Shown here piece after piece: positions 34,575-44,024 of a stretch of 64,000 bases of DNA (positions are counted from its first letter, which is position 1; every line of letters starts with the position of its first letter). The DNA comes from Armatimonadota bacterium. GTDB lineage: Bacteria > Armatimonadota > UBA5829 > DTJY01. The stretch spans positions 3,497-67,496 of the forward strand of contig JANYKG010000182.1 of the NCBI GenBank assembly GCA_025358205.1, read 5' to 3'. The translations under genes were made by a program, and so were the position numbers. A model generated the notes under the pieces. That model was not told the origin of the DNA and did not search any database. It saw nothing but the letters and a program-made list of their open reading frames with translations.

Positions 34575-35914
34575 TGAACTGCCGATCTTTCCGCAAGCGG
34601 CTCACCGAGTTACTTGATATCAATCCCGACTCAATGTCGGTCGCCGATCTCATTCTGCACGCAGAGGACTGCCCGGAGTGTGCCCGAGAACTCGCCGAGT
34701 CGCGCGCAGTGTTGCCCGTTCTGAATCCCTCCCACAAGGCATACGCCTCATCAAACCTGAAGGAGCGGATCATGAACAAAGTTACTGATCTGGAATCTGT
34801 AGAAGATACTCGAAGGAGCAAACGTACACCCAATAGATTGATGCGGTTCGCACTGGCGGCCGTCCTGGCGCTCGTCGTCATCATCGGCGGCAGTCGGTTT
34901 ACCCTGCGGAATGGCTCGTCACCGGCCTTCGAAGCGCTTGCTCAAGCCGCGGAGGCGGCGAGCAATCTTCGGACCATCCACATCAAGGCCAATATGCGCA
35001 CAATTGAGGGCGATAACTTCGACCTGATCATGCCTGACGAAGGCTTCGTGCCGGTCGAGATGTGGAAAGTGAGTGGCGATCAACCGAAATGGCGAGTGGA
35101 AAAACCAAATAGGCTGGTGGTAATGGATGGCCGGTCCACCATCATGCTGATGAAGCCCGGTATCGGCGGCACGACGGGCTACAGATTCCAGGGGTCGGCT
35201 GCGGGATTGGTCGGGTGGCTGGTTCCTCTGCTGGACGTTGAGTCGCTGCTCACCAAAGAGCAGCAGACCGCGCGTGATCAGGGCTCGAAGGTGCTTGTGG
35301 TGGAGAGCAAGGACTCCACGGGCAGATTGAAGGCCACCCTCACCATCAAAGCGAAGGCTCAGGGAGATTTCAGCCAGTCGGACTATCTCAAGAACACGTC
35401 CGTCATCTGCTCCGACAACACGCGAATCTACGTGTTCGACGCGGCGACCCATCGGCTGGAAGGCATGAAGGTCTACATGCGCACCGGCAAGGGGGATGTC
35501 CTCGTCTTCGAGATCGCCGACGTCGAGTATGACATGCCTGTGGACTCAGCCCTTCTGGAGCTCAACGCGCCGGAGGATACATCATGGGTCAAAGGCCCGG
35601 ATGAGATCAACGCACCTGACAACTCGTGGATGACGCCCAAGCAGGCGGCGGAAGCGATGTTCCGGGCGATGGCGAATGAGGATTGGGGAGCGTTGAGCGC
35701 ATTCCTCGGAAGCCGCGCCTACGACCCTCGCGAACAGAAGTATGCAGGCGGGCTAAAGATCATCCATATCGGCGAGCCATTCAAGTCAGGGCTGTACCCC
35801 GGATGGTTCGTGCCCTATGAAGTCCGGCTGAAGTCCGGCGAGATCAGAAAGCACAACCTGGCCATACGGAACGACAACCCAAAGGGACAATGGATGAAGG
35901 ACGGTGGATTCTAG
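34574..35914 (+). CDS. Anti-sigma factor (zf-HC2 type) with single TM and large extracytoplasmic domain
   Basis: The start overlaps the sigma stop (TAATG), with AGGAGGA SD. The N-terminal H-x3-C-x2-C motif (HAEDCPECAREL) is followed by the TM segment FALAAVLALVVIIGG. Confidence 0.75.
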   Translation: MNCRSFRKRLTELLDINPDSMSVADLILHAEDCPECARELAESRAVLPVLNPSHKAYASSNLKERIMNKVTDLESVEDTRRSKRTPNRLMRFALAAVLALVVIIGGSRFTLRNGSSPAFEALAQAAEAASNLRTIHIKANMRTIEGDNFDLIMPDEGFVPVEMWKVSGDQPKWRVEKPNRLVVMDGRSTIMLMKPGIGGTTGYRFQGSAAGLVGWLVPLLDVESLLTKEQQTARDQGSKVLVVESKDSTGRLKATLTIKAKAQGDFSQSDYLKNTSVICSDNTRIYVFDAATHRLEGMKVYMRTGKGDVLVFEIADVEYDMPVDSALLELNAPEDTSWVKGPDEINAPDNSWMTPKQAAEAMFRAMANEDWGALSAFLGSRAYDPREQKYAGGLKIIHIGEPFKSGLYPGWFVPYEVRLKSGEIRKHNLAIRNDNPKGQWMKDGGF

Positions 35915-35915
35915 G

Positions 35916-35986
35916 CCGCATTATTCACGAGAAACGTGAATAATGCCCTGAAGGCCCTGGATTATTCAGTTCGCGAATAATCCAGG
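35916..35986 (-). repeat. Family-A REP-like double hairpin, copy A2 (inverted orientation)
   Basis: CCGCATTATTCACGAGAAACGTGAATAATG-CCCTGAAGGC-CCTGGATTATTCAGTTCGCGAATAATCCAGG. This is nearly the reverse complement of A1 and starts 2 nt after the anti-sigma stop. Confidence 0.9.
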
Positions 35987-36134
35987 CTGGGCCTCCGAAG
36001 CCGTGCGCCCCGGGACCGGTGTCCTGGGGCGTTTTTGTTGGTCTATCGGTTAGCCTTGTGCATTGCAGGAAATCATGATACTATTCAGCGGCTACTGTTC
36101 AGGAGAGATACTGCCATGGCCTCCAAAGGCTATG

Positions 36135-36198
36135 CGGGCGATACGCGCTCATCCGCACCCGCGAGAAGCAGTGGATAATGCTGAAGCGCAAGTCATAG
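36135..36198 (+). pseudogene. Remnant duplicate of the last 21 codons (incl. stop) of the LigD-PE gene
   Basis: 61/64 nt identical to 33732-33795. It still reads RYALIRTREKQWIMLKRKS-stop but has no upstream ORF or start. Confidence 0.75.
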
Positions 36199-36216
36199 TA
36201 CAGCATCGGGTAAGGG

Positions 36217-36918
36217 GTGTACGTCTTGGGATTGGGCGCTGTTTTCGTTCTGTCATTCATAACCGCGCTTTCTGGTGCGCTGATGCCGGGTCCGCTGCTT
36301 ACCGTCACGATCGCACAGACCGCAAAGCGGGGATTCAGCGCATCCGTGCTGCTTGTGCTTGGTCACTCGCTTCTGGAACTCGCGTTGGTAGTGGGACTGG
36401 CGTTTGGGCTGGGGCGCTTCCTGAAGATACCGCCTATTATCGGCACGGTGACGGTTCTCGGCGGGGCGATGCTGCTGTGGATGGGCTACGGCATGATCCG
36501 CGACGCTCTGCGCGGCGTGCTGGAGATCGGCACGGCGGAGGCGGAGTGCGCACTGGAGCAGAAGAAGGGCATGCTGCAAAACCCGATCATCACAGGCGCG
36601 GCTGTGAGTATCTCAAACCCCTACTGGATTCTGTGGTGGGCGACCATCGGGCTGATGTTCTTCTCCGCGCTGGGGAGCAACGCGGTTGCGGTGATCGGCG
36701 CGTTCTACCTGGGCCACATCTCCGGCGACATCCTGTGGTACCTGGCGCTGGGCGGGGCGATTTCCACCGGTCGGAAGCTGATCACCCCGGTTGTCTACCG
36801 GTCGGTCGTCGGAATCTGCGGCGGCTTTCTCATCTTCCTCGGGGTATCGTTCCTCTACCTGTTCGCATCCGGCAAGCTTTGGGCGATCAAGATGAGCCTG
36901 CACTGGCTACGGAGATAG
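36217..36918 (+). CDS. LysE/RhtB-family amino-acid exporter
   Basis: 233-aa ORF. The start is uncertain: GTG at 36217, or TTG at 36226, which is better spaced from TAAGGGG. The N-terminal ...SGALMPGPLL motif and six hydrophobic segments are typical of LysE translocators. Confidence 0.8.
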   Translation: MYVLGLGAVFVLSFITALSGALMPGPLLTVTIAQTAKRGFSASVLLVLGHSLLELALVVGLAFGLGRFLKIPPIIGTVTVLGGAMLLWMGYGMIRDALRGVLEIGTAEAECALEQKKGMLQNPIITGAAVSISNPYWILWWATIGLMFFSALGSNAVAVIGAFYLGHISGDILWYLALGGAISTGRKLITPVVYRSVVGICGGFLIFLGVSFLYLFASGKLWAIKMSLHWLRR

Positions 36919-36924
36919 ACAGGA

Positions 36925-37794
36925 TCACGCCAGTTTTACGATAAGGGCGCAGGCGACGGCCCAGAGGACTATGTCCAGCAGCAGCGGTTTGTCGGAGAGA
37001 AGTAGCGTCTCCGGGCTGTCCGCGCCGGCGTCGTCGTGGATCAAAAATAGGTAGCGAAAGATACCGTAGATCACGAACGGCAGCGTGGCCATCATGAGCG
37101 GGTGCGCCTTGCCGGTATCCGAAAAAAACGTGTAGAGTGCGTAGGACATCAGCGCGGTCGCGGTGGTGATGCTTATGAGCTGATCGAGGAACGGGACGGT
37201 GTACTGCTCCAGGCTGCTCCGATGGTTGGACGCGTTCTCCTCCAAGCGTATGATCTCCGCCCGCCGCTTTGCCAGCCCCAGGAACAGCGCGAACAAGATC
37301 GTGCATATCAGTAGCCATTGTGAGATGATGACGTGCAACACCTCAGCGCCTGCCACCGCTCGCAGCACAAACCCGGTTGCCACGATCATCACGTCCAGCA
37401 GCACAATGTTCTTCAGTCCGAACGAGTAGGCTATCTGCAACGCCAGGTAAGCCGCGCCGATGATGCCGAACACGGTGGACAGCCGGAACGCGCATGTTAG
37501 ACCGATGACCATGAGAAACACGAAAGCCACAGACGCCGCCCGTACAGACAGTCGTCCTGATGCGATTGGCCGATTGCGCTTAAGCGGATGTATTTTGTCC
37601 AACTCAATGTCGCAGGCGTCATTCATCAGGTAAACGCTGCCGGAGAACACGCAGAAGAGGACAAATGCGGCGACAACGGCGAGGATATCCGCGCTGGTGT
37701 GCGGTTTATCGAGGGTGAAGAGCAGGCCTGCGAAGACAAAGAGGTTCTTCGTCCATTGCTTTGGGCGCATGCTTTGCAGTATCGCGCTGATCAA
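36925..37794 (-). CDS. UbiA-family prenyltransferase, decaprenyl-phosphate phosphoribosyltransferase-like
   Basis: 289-aa polytopic ORF. The N-terminal MRPKQWTKNLFVFAGLLF and the NDACDIELD Asp-rich motif are as in DPPR synthase-type UbiA enzymes. Confidence 0.8.
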   Translation of the reverse strand: MISAILQSMRPKQWTKNLFVFAGLLFTLDKPHTSADILAVVAAFVLFCVFSGSVYLMNDACDIELDKIHPLKRNRPIASGRLSVRAASVAFVFLMVIGLTCAFRLSTVFGIIGAAYLALQIAYSFGLKNIVLLDVMIVATGFVLRAVAGAEVLHVIISQWLLICTILFALFLGLAKRRAEIIRLEENASNHRSSLEQYTVPFLDQLISITTATALMSYALYTFFSDTGKAHPLMMATLPFVIYGIFRYLFLIHDDAGADSPETLLLSDKPLLLDIVLWAVACALIVKLA

Positions 37795-37815
37795 CAGGCC
37801 GGACCTCCGTCTTTA

Positions 37816-37886
37816 CCGCATTATTCATGAAGAACATGAATAACGCTCAGAAGACCGCGGATTATGCGGGACATGCATAATCCGCG
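37816..37886 (-). repeat. Family-A REP-like double hairpin, copy A3 (diverged)
   Basis: CCGCATTATTCATGAAGAACATGAATAACG-CTCAGAAGAC-CGCGGATTATGCGGGACATGCATAATCCGCG, with compensatory stem changes relative to A1/A2. Confidence 0.8.
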
Positions 37887-37967
37887 CAAGTGAATCAGGT
37901 CAGCGGACTCTTGAACACATACCCAAAGCCCGCCTTTTGCCTGAGTCAATTCCGTCTATCGGATACC

Positions 37968-38912
37968 CTACTCGTTTACCTTGACTTTGATGGTCTTGGT
38001 TGCAGGTTCTTTCACACCGAAAATGTCAGTCACTGTGAGCGTCACTTCGTAGTCGCCGGTTTGGGTGAAACGATGGTATACGAGATCTCCAACCGCCTCA
38101 GCCTGAATGCCGTTGTTCTTGTCAAAATCCCACGAGTAGCTGACTGCGGACGCTCCGCTCTGAGCTGAGCCTTGGAAGGCGATTGAGTAGTTCTTGGAGA
38201 CTTCCAGATCGTCGCTCGACTCCGCTACTAACGGTTTCGAATCGGCAATGGCGCTGATTTCACCGATGTAGAACGGCTGTGAGCCGTCGCCGGTAATAGT
38301 TAGTCTGGTGAGACGGTACTGCGGCAGATCGGTCTTGCCCTTTAGTGCAGACATGGGGAATGATACGACCATCCACCCATCATCGCCGATCTTGTACGCC
38401 GATATGGGCGCCTCGCATTCCACAGCCGGACCGTTCTCGTAGAACGCCATTATGCGCACCGTGCGCACCTGCTTGGCGGTGGGAGTTCCGCCGCCGTATA
38501 CGTCCGTAGGCGCTGCAGCGGTACCCAGCGCCTGGGTGAGCGCGTCTGTGGTCTGTGTGCCCCAGAACTGACAGATGATCTGCAGGTAGATATCAGGGGC
38601 TTTCATAGATGGTGTCAGGTCAAACGGCGAAATGAAGTCTATCCGTCCGCCCGCATACAAATCTTTCGGGGTGACCTTGAGCGACTCGCTACCGGTGTAG
38701 GTGTTCGTAGTAGACGTTTCGCAGACGCCGCTACCCCAACTTCCAACCCTGATATGCAACTGATCAAGGGACCTACCATCATAGATGGTCTGCAACCTTT
38801 GCGTGAAAACGCCCTGTGCGGATGCCTTGTCCATGGCAGCGCATGTGATAAGTATTGCGGCGGCAAGTGAGATGAAAAGCGCACTGGGCCGTCTCGACAG
38901 GTATGATCTCAT
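37968..38912 (-). CDS. Secreted protein with C-terminal PKD domain
   Basis: 314-aa ORF with a signal peptide (...ITCAAMDKASA). The C-terminal VSYSWDFDKNNG...GDYEVTLTVTD matches the PKD-domain WDFGDG / Y-x-V-x-L-x-V-x-D pattern. Confidence 0.7.
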   Translation of the reverse strand: MRSYLSRRPSALFISLAAAILITCAAMDKASAQGVFTQRLQTIYDGRSLDQLHIRVGSWGSGVCETSTTNTYTGSESLKVTPKDLYAGGRIDFISPFDLTPSMKAPDIYLQIICQFWGTQTTDALTQALGTAAAPTDVYGGGTPTAKQVRTVRIMAFYENGPAVECEAPISAYKIGDDGWMVVSFPMSALKGKTDLPQYRLTRLTITGDGSQPFYIGEISAIADSKPLVAESSDDLEVSKNYSIAFQGSAQSGASAVSYSWDFDKNNGIQAEAVGDLVYHRFTQTGDYEVTLTVTDIFGVKEPATKTIKVKVNE

Positions 38913-38994
38913 TTGTGGTTCTACTCCTTCTGCGTGTTGAGGTCGAAGCTCTCGGTCTCAACGTTTGTTGTTTCAGCCGGCTTGTCTGCCCTAG

Positions 38995-39066
38995 CCTGGA
39001 TTATTCATGAACCGAATAATCCAGGGCCTTCAGAGCATTATTCACGTTGTTCGTGAATAATGCGGG
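38995..39066 (+). repeat. Family-A REP-like double hairpin, copy A4
   Basis: CCTGGATTATTCATGAACCGAATAATCCAGG-GCCTTCAGAGC-ATTATTCACGTTGTTCGTGAATAATGCGGG. It overlaps the last 8 codons and the stop of ymdB. Confidence 0.9.
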
Positions 39067-39869
39067 TTAGTCAGGTTCTTCCGTATGCGCTCGATCCGGA
39101 TTGCCTTGCCGGACGCCGCGTCTATATCCATCACTACCGCTGAGAGGATTGTGTCGCCCTCCGCGATCTCAAACTTGTTCGGCATCTGTGTGAGAAACCG
39201 TTCAATGATTAACTCGGTCTTCACGCCGATAACGGAATCCACCGGGCCAGTCATGCCCACATCGGTGATGTACGCCGTGCCGTGCGGCAGCACGCGCTCA
39301 TCCGCGGTCTGGATGTGTGTGTGCGTACCCACCACCGCACTGGCTCTGCCGTCTGCATACCAGCCGAACGCCACCTTCTCGGATGTAGCCTCTGCATGGA
39401 AGTCTACTACTATGACGGCGGTTTGCCCTGCCAATGTTTCAACAACCCGGTCAAAAATCGTAAAAGGATTTTCGAGAGGATCCATGAACACACGGCCGCA
39501 GAGGTTAATCACGCCGACTTTGTCTCCTCTGTCGGTCTGAAAAACGCTCCAGCCTCGCCCCGGCGCGCCGTTCGGATAGTTGGCCGGGCGCACAATACGC
39601 GATTCTTCATCCAGATAGCCGTATGAATCGCGCTTCGCCCACACGTGATTGCCCAGGGTAATCACGTCGGCGCCGGCTCTCAACATCTCCGTGCCGGTTT
39701 CTCGTGTTATGCCCATTCCCCCGGCTGAGTTCTCCCCGTTCACGATAACGAGGTCCGCAGAAAGCTCACCCCTGAGGTTCGGCAACAACTGAGCTAACGC
39801 TTGCCGTCCGGGCTTTCCTACTACATCACCAACGAACAGTATTCTCAAGCGGAAGCGCCTTTCATGCAT
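39042..39869 (-). CDS. ymdB: YmdB-family metallophosphoesterase (2-prime,3-prime-cyclic-nucleotide phosphodiesterase, TIGR00282-like)
   Basis: 275-aa ORF. LRILFVGDVVGKPGR, NGENSAGGMGIT and GNHVW are characteristic YmdB motifs, and it is conserved downstream of rny. Confidence 0.85.
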   Translation of the reverse strand: MHERRFRLRILFVGDVVGKPGRQALAQLLPNLRGELSADLVIVNGENSAGGMGITRETGTEMLRAGADVITLGNHVWAKRDSYGYLDEESRIVRPANYPNGAPGRGWSVFQTDRGDKVGVINLCGRVFMDPLENPFTIFDRVVETLAGQTAVIVVDFHAEATSEKVAFGWYADGRASAVVGTHTHIQTADERVLPHGTAYITDVGMTGPVDSVIGVKTELIIERFLTQMPNKFEIAEGDTILSAVVMDIDAASGKAIRIERIRKNLTNPHYSRTT

Positions 39870-39927
39870 AATTCAGGCTAGGAAAAGAGCGGCCATCCGC
39901 CGTGGCGGACGGCCCTCATTGATTATC

Positions 39928-41463
39928 TTACTTTGCGTAGTCCACAGCGCGAGTCTCGCGGATGACGGTTACCTTGATCTGACCAGGGTACTCCATCTCT
40001 TCCTCGATCTTCTTCGCTGTATCGCGCGCCAGTTTCGCCGCACCTAGATCGTCTATCTCGTTCGGCCTGACCATCACGCGAATCTCACGACCCGCCTGCA
40101 CCGCGTAGGTTTTGTCCACGCCTGCGAACGAATCGGCGATTGTTTCCAGTCGCTGGAGCCGCTTCACGTAGGTCTCCAGCGTCTCACGCCTTGCGCCGGG
40201 CCTGGCGGCTGAGATGGCATCGGCCACTGAGACCAGCACGGCCTCCATCGTCCTAGGCTCCTCGTCGCCGTGATGGGCGCCCGCAGCATGCACCACTTCG
40301 GGATGCTCGTTGTACTTTCGGCAAAGGTCCGCGCTTATCACAGCGTGCGGGCCTTCCACCTCAAAGTCAACCGCCTTGCCCAGGTCATGCAGCAGTCCGG
40401 CGCGCTTGGCGAGTTGGATGTTTCCGCCCAGTTCCGCCGCTATGCTACCCGCCAGGTGGGCCACTTCTGTAGAGTGGTTCAGCACGTTCTGGCCGTAGCT
40501 GGTTCGGAACCTCAGCTTGCCGAGCAGCTTCACCAACTCAACGTCTATGCCGGTCACACCAAGCTCGAAGACGGCGCGCTCGCCGCTCTCCCGGATCAGA
40601 GTCTCCACCTCGGCTGAGGCCTTGTTAATCATCTCCTCGATGCGGCCGGGATGGATTCGCCCATCCGTGATGAGATTGCTCAACGCTATGCGGGCGATCT
40701 CGCGGCGCACAGGATCGAAACCGGAGAGCACAACAGCCTCCGGGGTATCGTCAATGATCAGGTCCACGCCGGTGAGCGTCTCGAAGGCGCGGATATTCCG
40801 ACCTTCGCGGCCAATGATGCGGCCCTTCATCTCATCGCCCGGCAGCGGCACCACGGATACCGTGGTCTCGGATGTCTGATCTACGGCACAATGCTGGATG
40901 GCTATCGTGACAATGTCTCTTGCTTTCTTGTCAGCCTCTTCCTTCGCCTGGGCCTCTATATCGCGGATCAGGCGGGCGCAATCGTGCCTTGTTTCGTCTT
41001 CTATCGTTTTCAAGAGGAGTGTCTTCGCTTCTTCCGACGATAGGCCGGCTATGCGCTGGACTTCCTCGCGCTGCTGAACAATCTGATTCTTCAGATCTTC
41101 CTGCAGACTATCCGTTTCCTGTTCCTTGGAGACCAGGGATTTTTCCTTGTTGTCAAGGTTCTCCAGCCTGCGGTCAAGTGTCTCTTCCTTCTGTGTTAGC
41201 CGTCGCTCTGACCTCTGAATCTCGGCTCTATTCTCGCGGTTCTCGCGTTCGACTTCCGCCCGTATCCTGTGGGCTTCGTCCTTAGCCTCGATGAGTATTT
41301 CTTTTCGCTTTGTCTGTAGTTCCCTTTCGGACTGATCTTTCAGCTTACCTGCATCTTCAAGCTGCTGAGTTGCTTTCTCTCTCGCCGGCTTTATCCATAC
41401 GACAAATCCGATCACGAGTATTGCTATGGATGCCGCTATGCATCCAATGTAGGGTATTAACAT
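39928..41463 (-). CDS. rny: Ribonuclease Y
   Basis: 511-aa ORF with an N-terminal TM helix, a long charged coiled coil, a KH domain ([15 protein letters not shown]) and an HD domain ([10 protein letters not shown]...LLHDLGK). Confidence 0.95.
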   Translation of the reverse strand: MLIPYIGCIAASIAILVIGFVVWIKPAREKATQQLEDAGKLKDQSERELQTKRKEILIEAKDEAHRIRAEVERENRENRAEIQRSERRLTQKEETLDRRLENLDNKEKSLVSKEQETDSLQEDLKNQIVQQREEVQRIAGLSSEEAKTLLLKTIEDETRHDCARLIRDIEAQAKEEADKKARDIVTIAIQHCAVDQTSETTVSVVPLPGDEMKGRIIGREGRNIRAFETLTGVDLIIDDTPEAVVLSGFDPVRREIARIALSNLITDGRIHPGRIEEMINKASAEVETLIRESGERAVFELGVTGIDVELVKLLGKLRFRTSYGQNVLNHSTEVAHLAGSIAAELGGNIQLAKRAGLLHDLGKAVDFEVEGPHAVISADLCRKYNEHPEVVHAAGAHHGDEEPRTMEAVLVSVADAISAARPGARRETLETYVKRLQRLETIADSFAGVDKTYAVQAGREIRVMVRPNEIDDLGAAKLARDTAKKIEEEMEYPGQIKVTVIRETRAVDYAK

Positions 41464-41615
41464 CAGGCCTACCTCACTTCCGTGTTTTCTCGGACTGAGG
41501 TCGAGCGACTAATTCGACTGTTAGTTTGGCTAAACTTCCGAAGAGTATCTTTCCATTTCGATTTCTTGTGCCCGCATCCGGGCTCGTTCCTCCTTTGGTT
41601 ATGTGTGAGGAGGGC

Positions 41616-42281
41616 CTATTCCGGCTCCACCTCCGTGTTAAGCTCATTCAGTATAGTTGATATGACGCCCCAGTCGTACCCTTGTCTCTGCAGGTACGCT
41701 ATCAGCCTCCTACGACGCACAGGCTCTTCCACACTCGCTGTGCTCGCCCATCGTCGTCGGGCTAGTTCAAGGGCAGACTGGTGTTCCGTCTCCTCATCTA
41801 CAGCCGACAGAGCTTCCTCTGCTGCTTCGTTTGAAACGCCCTTGCGCTTAAGCTCCCACCTGATCCGCGTCTTCCCCATGCCCTTACCGGTCAGTCGGTG
41901 ATTCACCCAGGCTCGGGAAAACTGCTCGTCATTTATCAGCCCCGCGTTTTCCAGACGCTTCAGCAATTCCTCAATGATATCCGCTTCAAAGCCTGCCCGC
42001 ATCAGCCTTTCAGAGATCTCGGCCCTGCTGCGCGCTCGGTAATCCAGCAGCAACAGCGCTCTTTCTCTGGCTTTTGTAACCAGCTCTGCGCGAACGACTC
42101 TTTGCAGTTCGTCCTCGCTGATCATCTGCCCCACTTTGAGGTGAAGATCAGCGATAACATTCTCGTCCACTCCGAGAGCGAACTTGCCGTTGATGAATAT
42201 CGAGCGGCGATTGCCCCTCTTCTCTTGCACTTCTATAGCGGTTATTCGCTGTTCGTGACCCATCAACCTTCTAACCCGCAT
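41616..42281 (-). CDS. recX: RecA regulator RecX
   Basis: 221-aa ORF immediately downstream of recA with a three-repeat helical pattern and RecX-like motifs. The 42281 ATG lies inside REP copy A5, so the ATG at 42263 (MGHEQR...) is an alternative start. Confidence 0.8.
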   Translation of the reverse strand: MRVRRLMGHEQRITAIEVQEKRGNRRSIFINGKFALGVDENVIADLHLKVGQMISEDELQRVVRAELVTKARERALLLLDYRARSRAEISERLMRAGFEADIIEELLKRLENAGLINDEQFSRAWVNHRLTGKGMGKTRIRWELKRKGVSNEAAEEALSAVDEETEHQSALELARRRWASTASVEEPVRRRRLIAYLQRQGYDWGVISTILNELNTEVEPE

Positions 42282-42304
42282 TATTCATGAATAACGTGAA
42301 TAAT
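42275..42304 (-). repeat. Family-A half element (one hairpin), copy A5
   Basis: CCCGCATTATTCATGAATAACGTGAATAAT lies between the recA stop and recX. Confidence 0.7.
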
Positions 42305-42320
42305 ACTCCCTCGACCGACT

Positions 42321-43381
<1,061 letters not shown>

Positions 43382-43385
<4 letters not shown>

Positions 43386-43969
43386 GCATCAACCACCATT
43401 TCATGTTCTGTTATTGTTGTATAGACCGGACCGCTGGGTCTGAGATCGCTCTTCACCAGCGTTATTGCACTTACCGTGAACGTGCCGACTTCTTCGGCTT
43501 TCATCGCGTCCAGCATCTCACCCAACTTGTCCGCGTTCCTGGGCGATCTGGCCCTTCCCAGTGTGAGATGAGCCTTGAACGGCCTGCTCTCACGCTCGAA
43601 ACCAATCTTTTCGAGGGCGTCTTCCACCCTCTGTGCCAGTGCCTTTATCTGCTCCGCGCCGCTTCTGATGCCGGCCCAGATGACGCTCGCCCTGCGTTTG
43701 TTCGGGAACGCGCCCGCTCCGGCCAGACAAACGTCGAAGGCCTGAACTCTGCTAACCGCTGGCGCCAGGGCTTCCCAAACCGCCTTCACCCGCGCCTCAT
43801 CCACATTGCCAAGGAACTTCAGCGTGAGGTGGAAGTTGCTCTCAGGCACCCACTTCACATCCGCACCGGTCGCCGCCAGCCTGCGCTCCATATCCGCCAG
43901 CCGCTTCCCCAGTTCATCTGGCACCTTCACCGCGACAAACAATCTCAACTGCGCCATCGTGTCTTCCAC
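43382..43969 (-). CDS. thpR: RNA 2-prime,3-prime-cyclic phosphodiesterase (2H phosphoesterase, LigT/ThpR)
   Basis: 195-aa ORF with the two H-x-T-x motifs HLTLKFLG and HLTLGRA. Its stop overlaps the recA start (ATGA). Confidence 0.85.
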
Positions 43970-43990
43970 CCCGCGATGGGTCGCATATGA

Positions 43991-44023
43991 CCTATAGGAC
44001 TCATAAGACCCATAGGACCTATG
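43991..44023. promoter_or_regulatory. Pair of AT-rich palindromes upstream of thpR-recA (candidate operator)
   Basis: CCTATAGG (43991-43998) and CATAGGACCTATG (44011-44023) lie in the 55-nt gap between the cinA stop and the thpR start. The unit GTCCTATRGGTC is repeated on the minus strand. Confidence 0.35.
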
Positions 44024-44024
44024 C

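Noticed and set aside
36063-36944. 293-aa plus-strand ORF overlapping the LysE gene in another frame
   Set aside because: The translation is Arg/Gly/Ala-rich with no TM pattern. The 36217 frame gives a textbook LysE-type polytopic protein.
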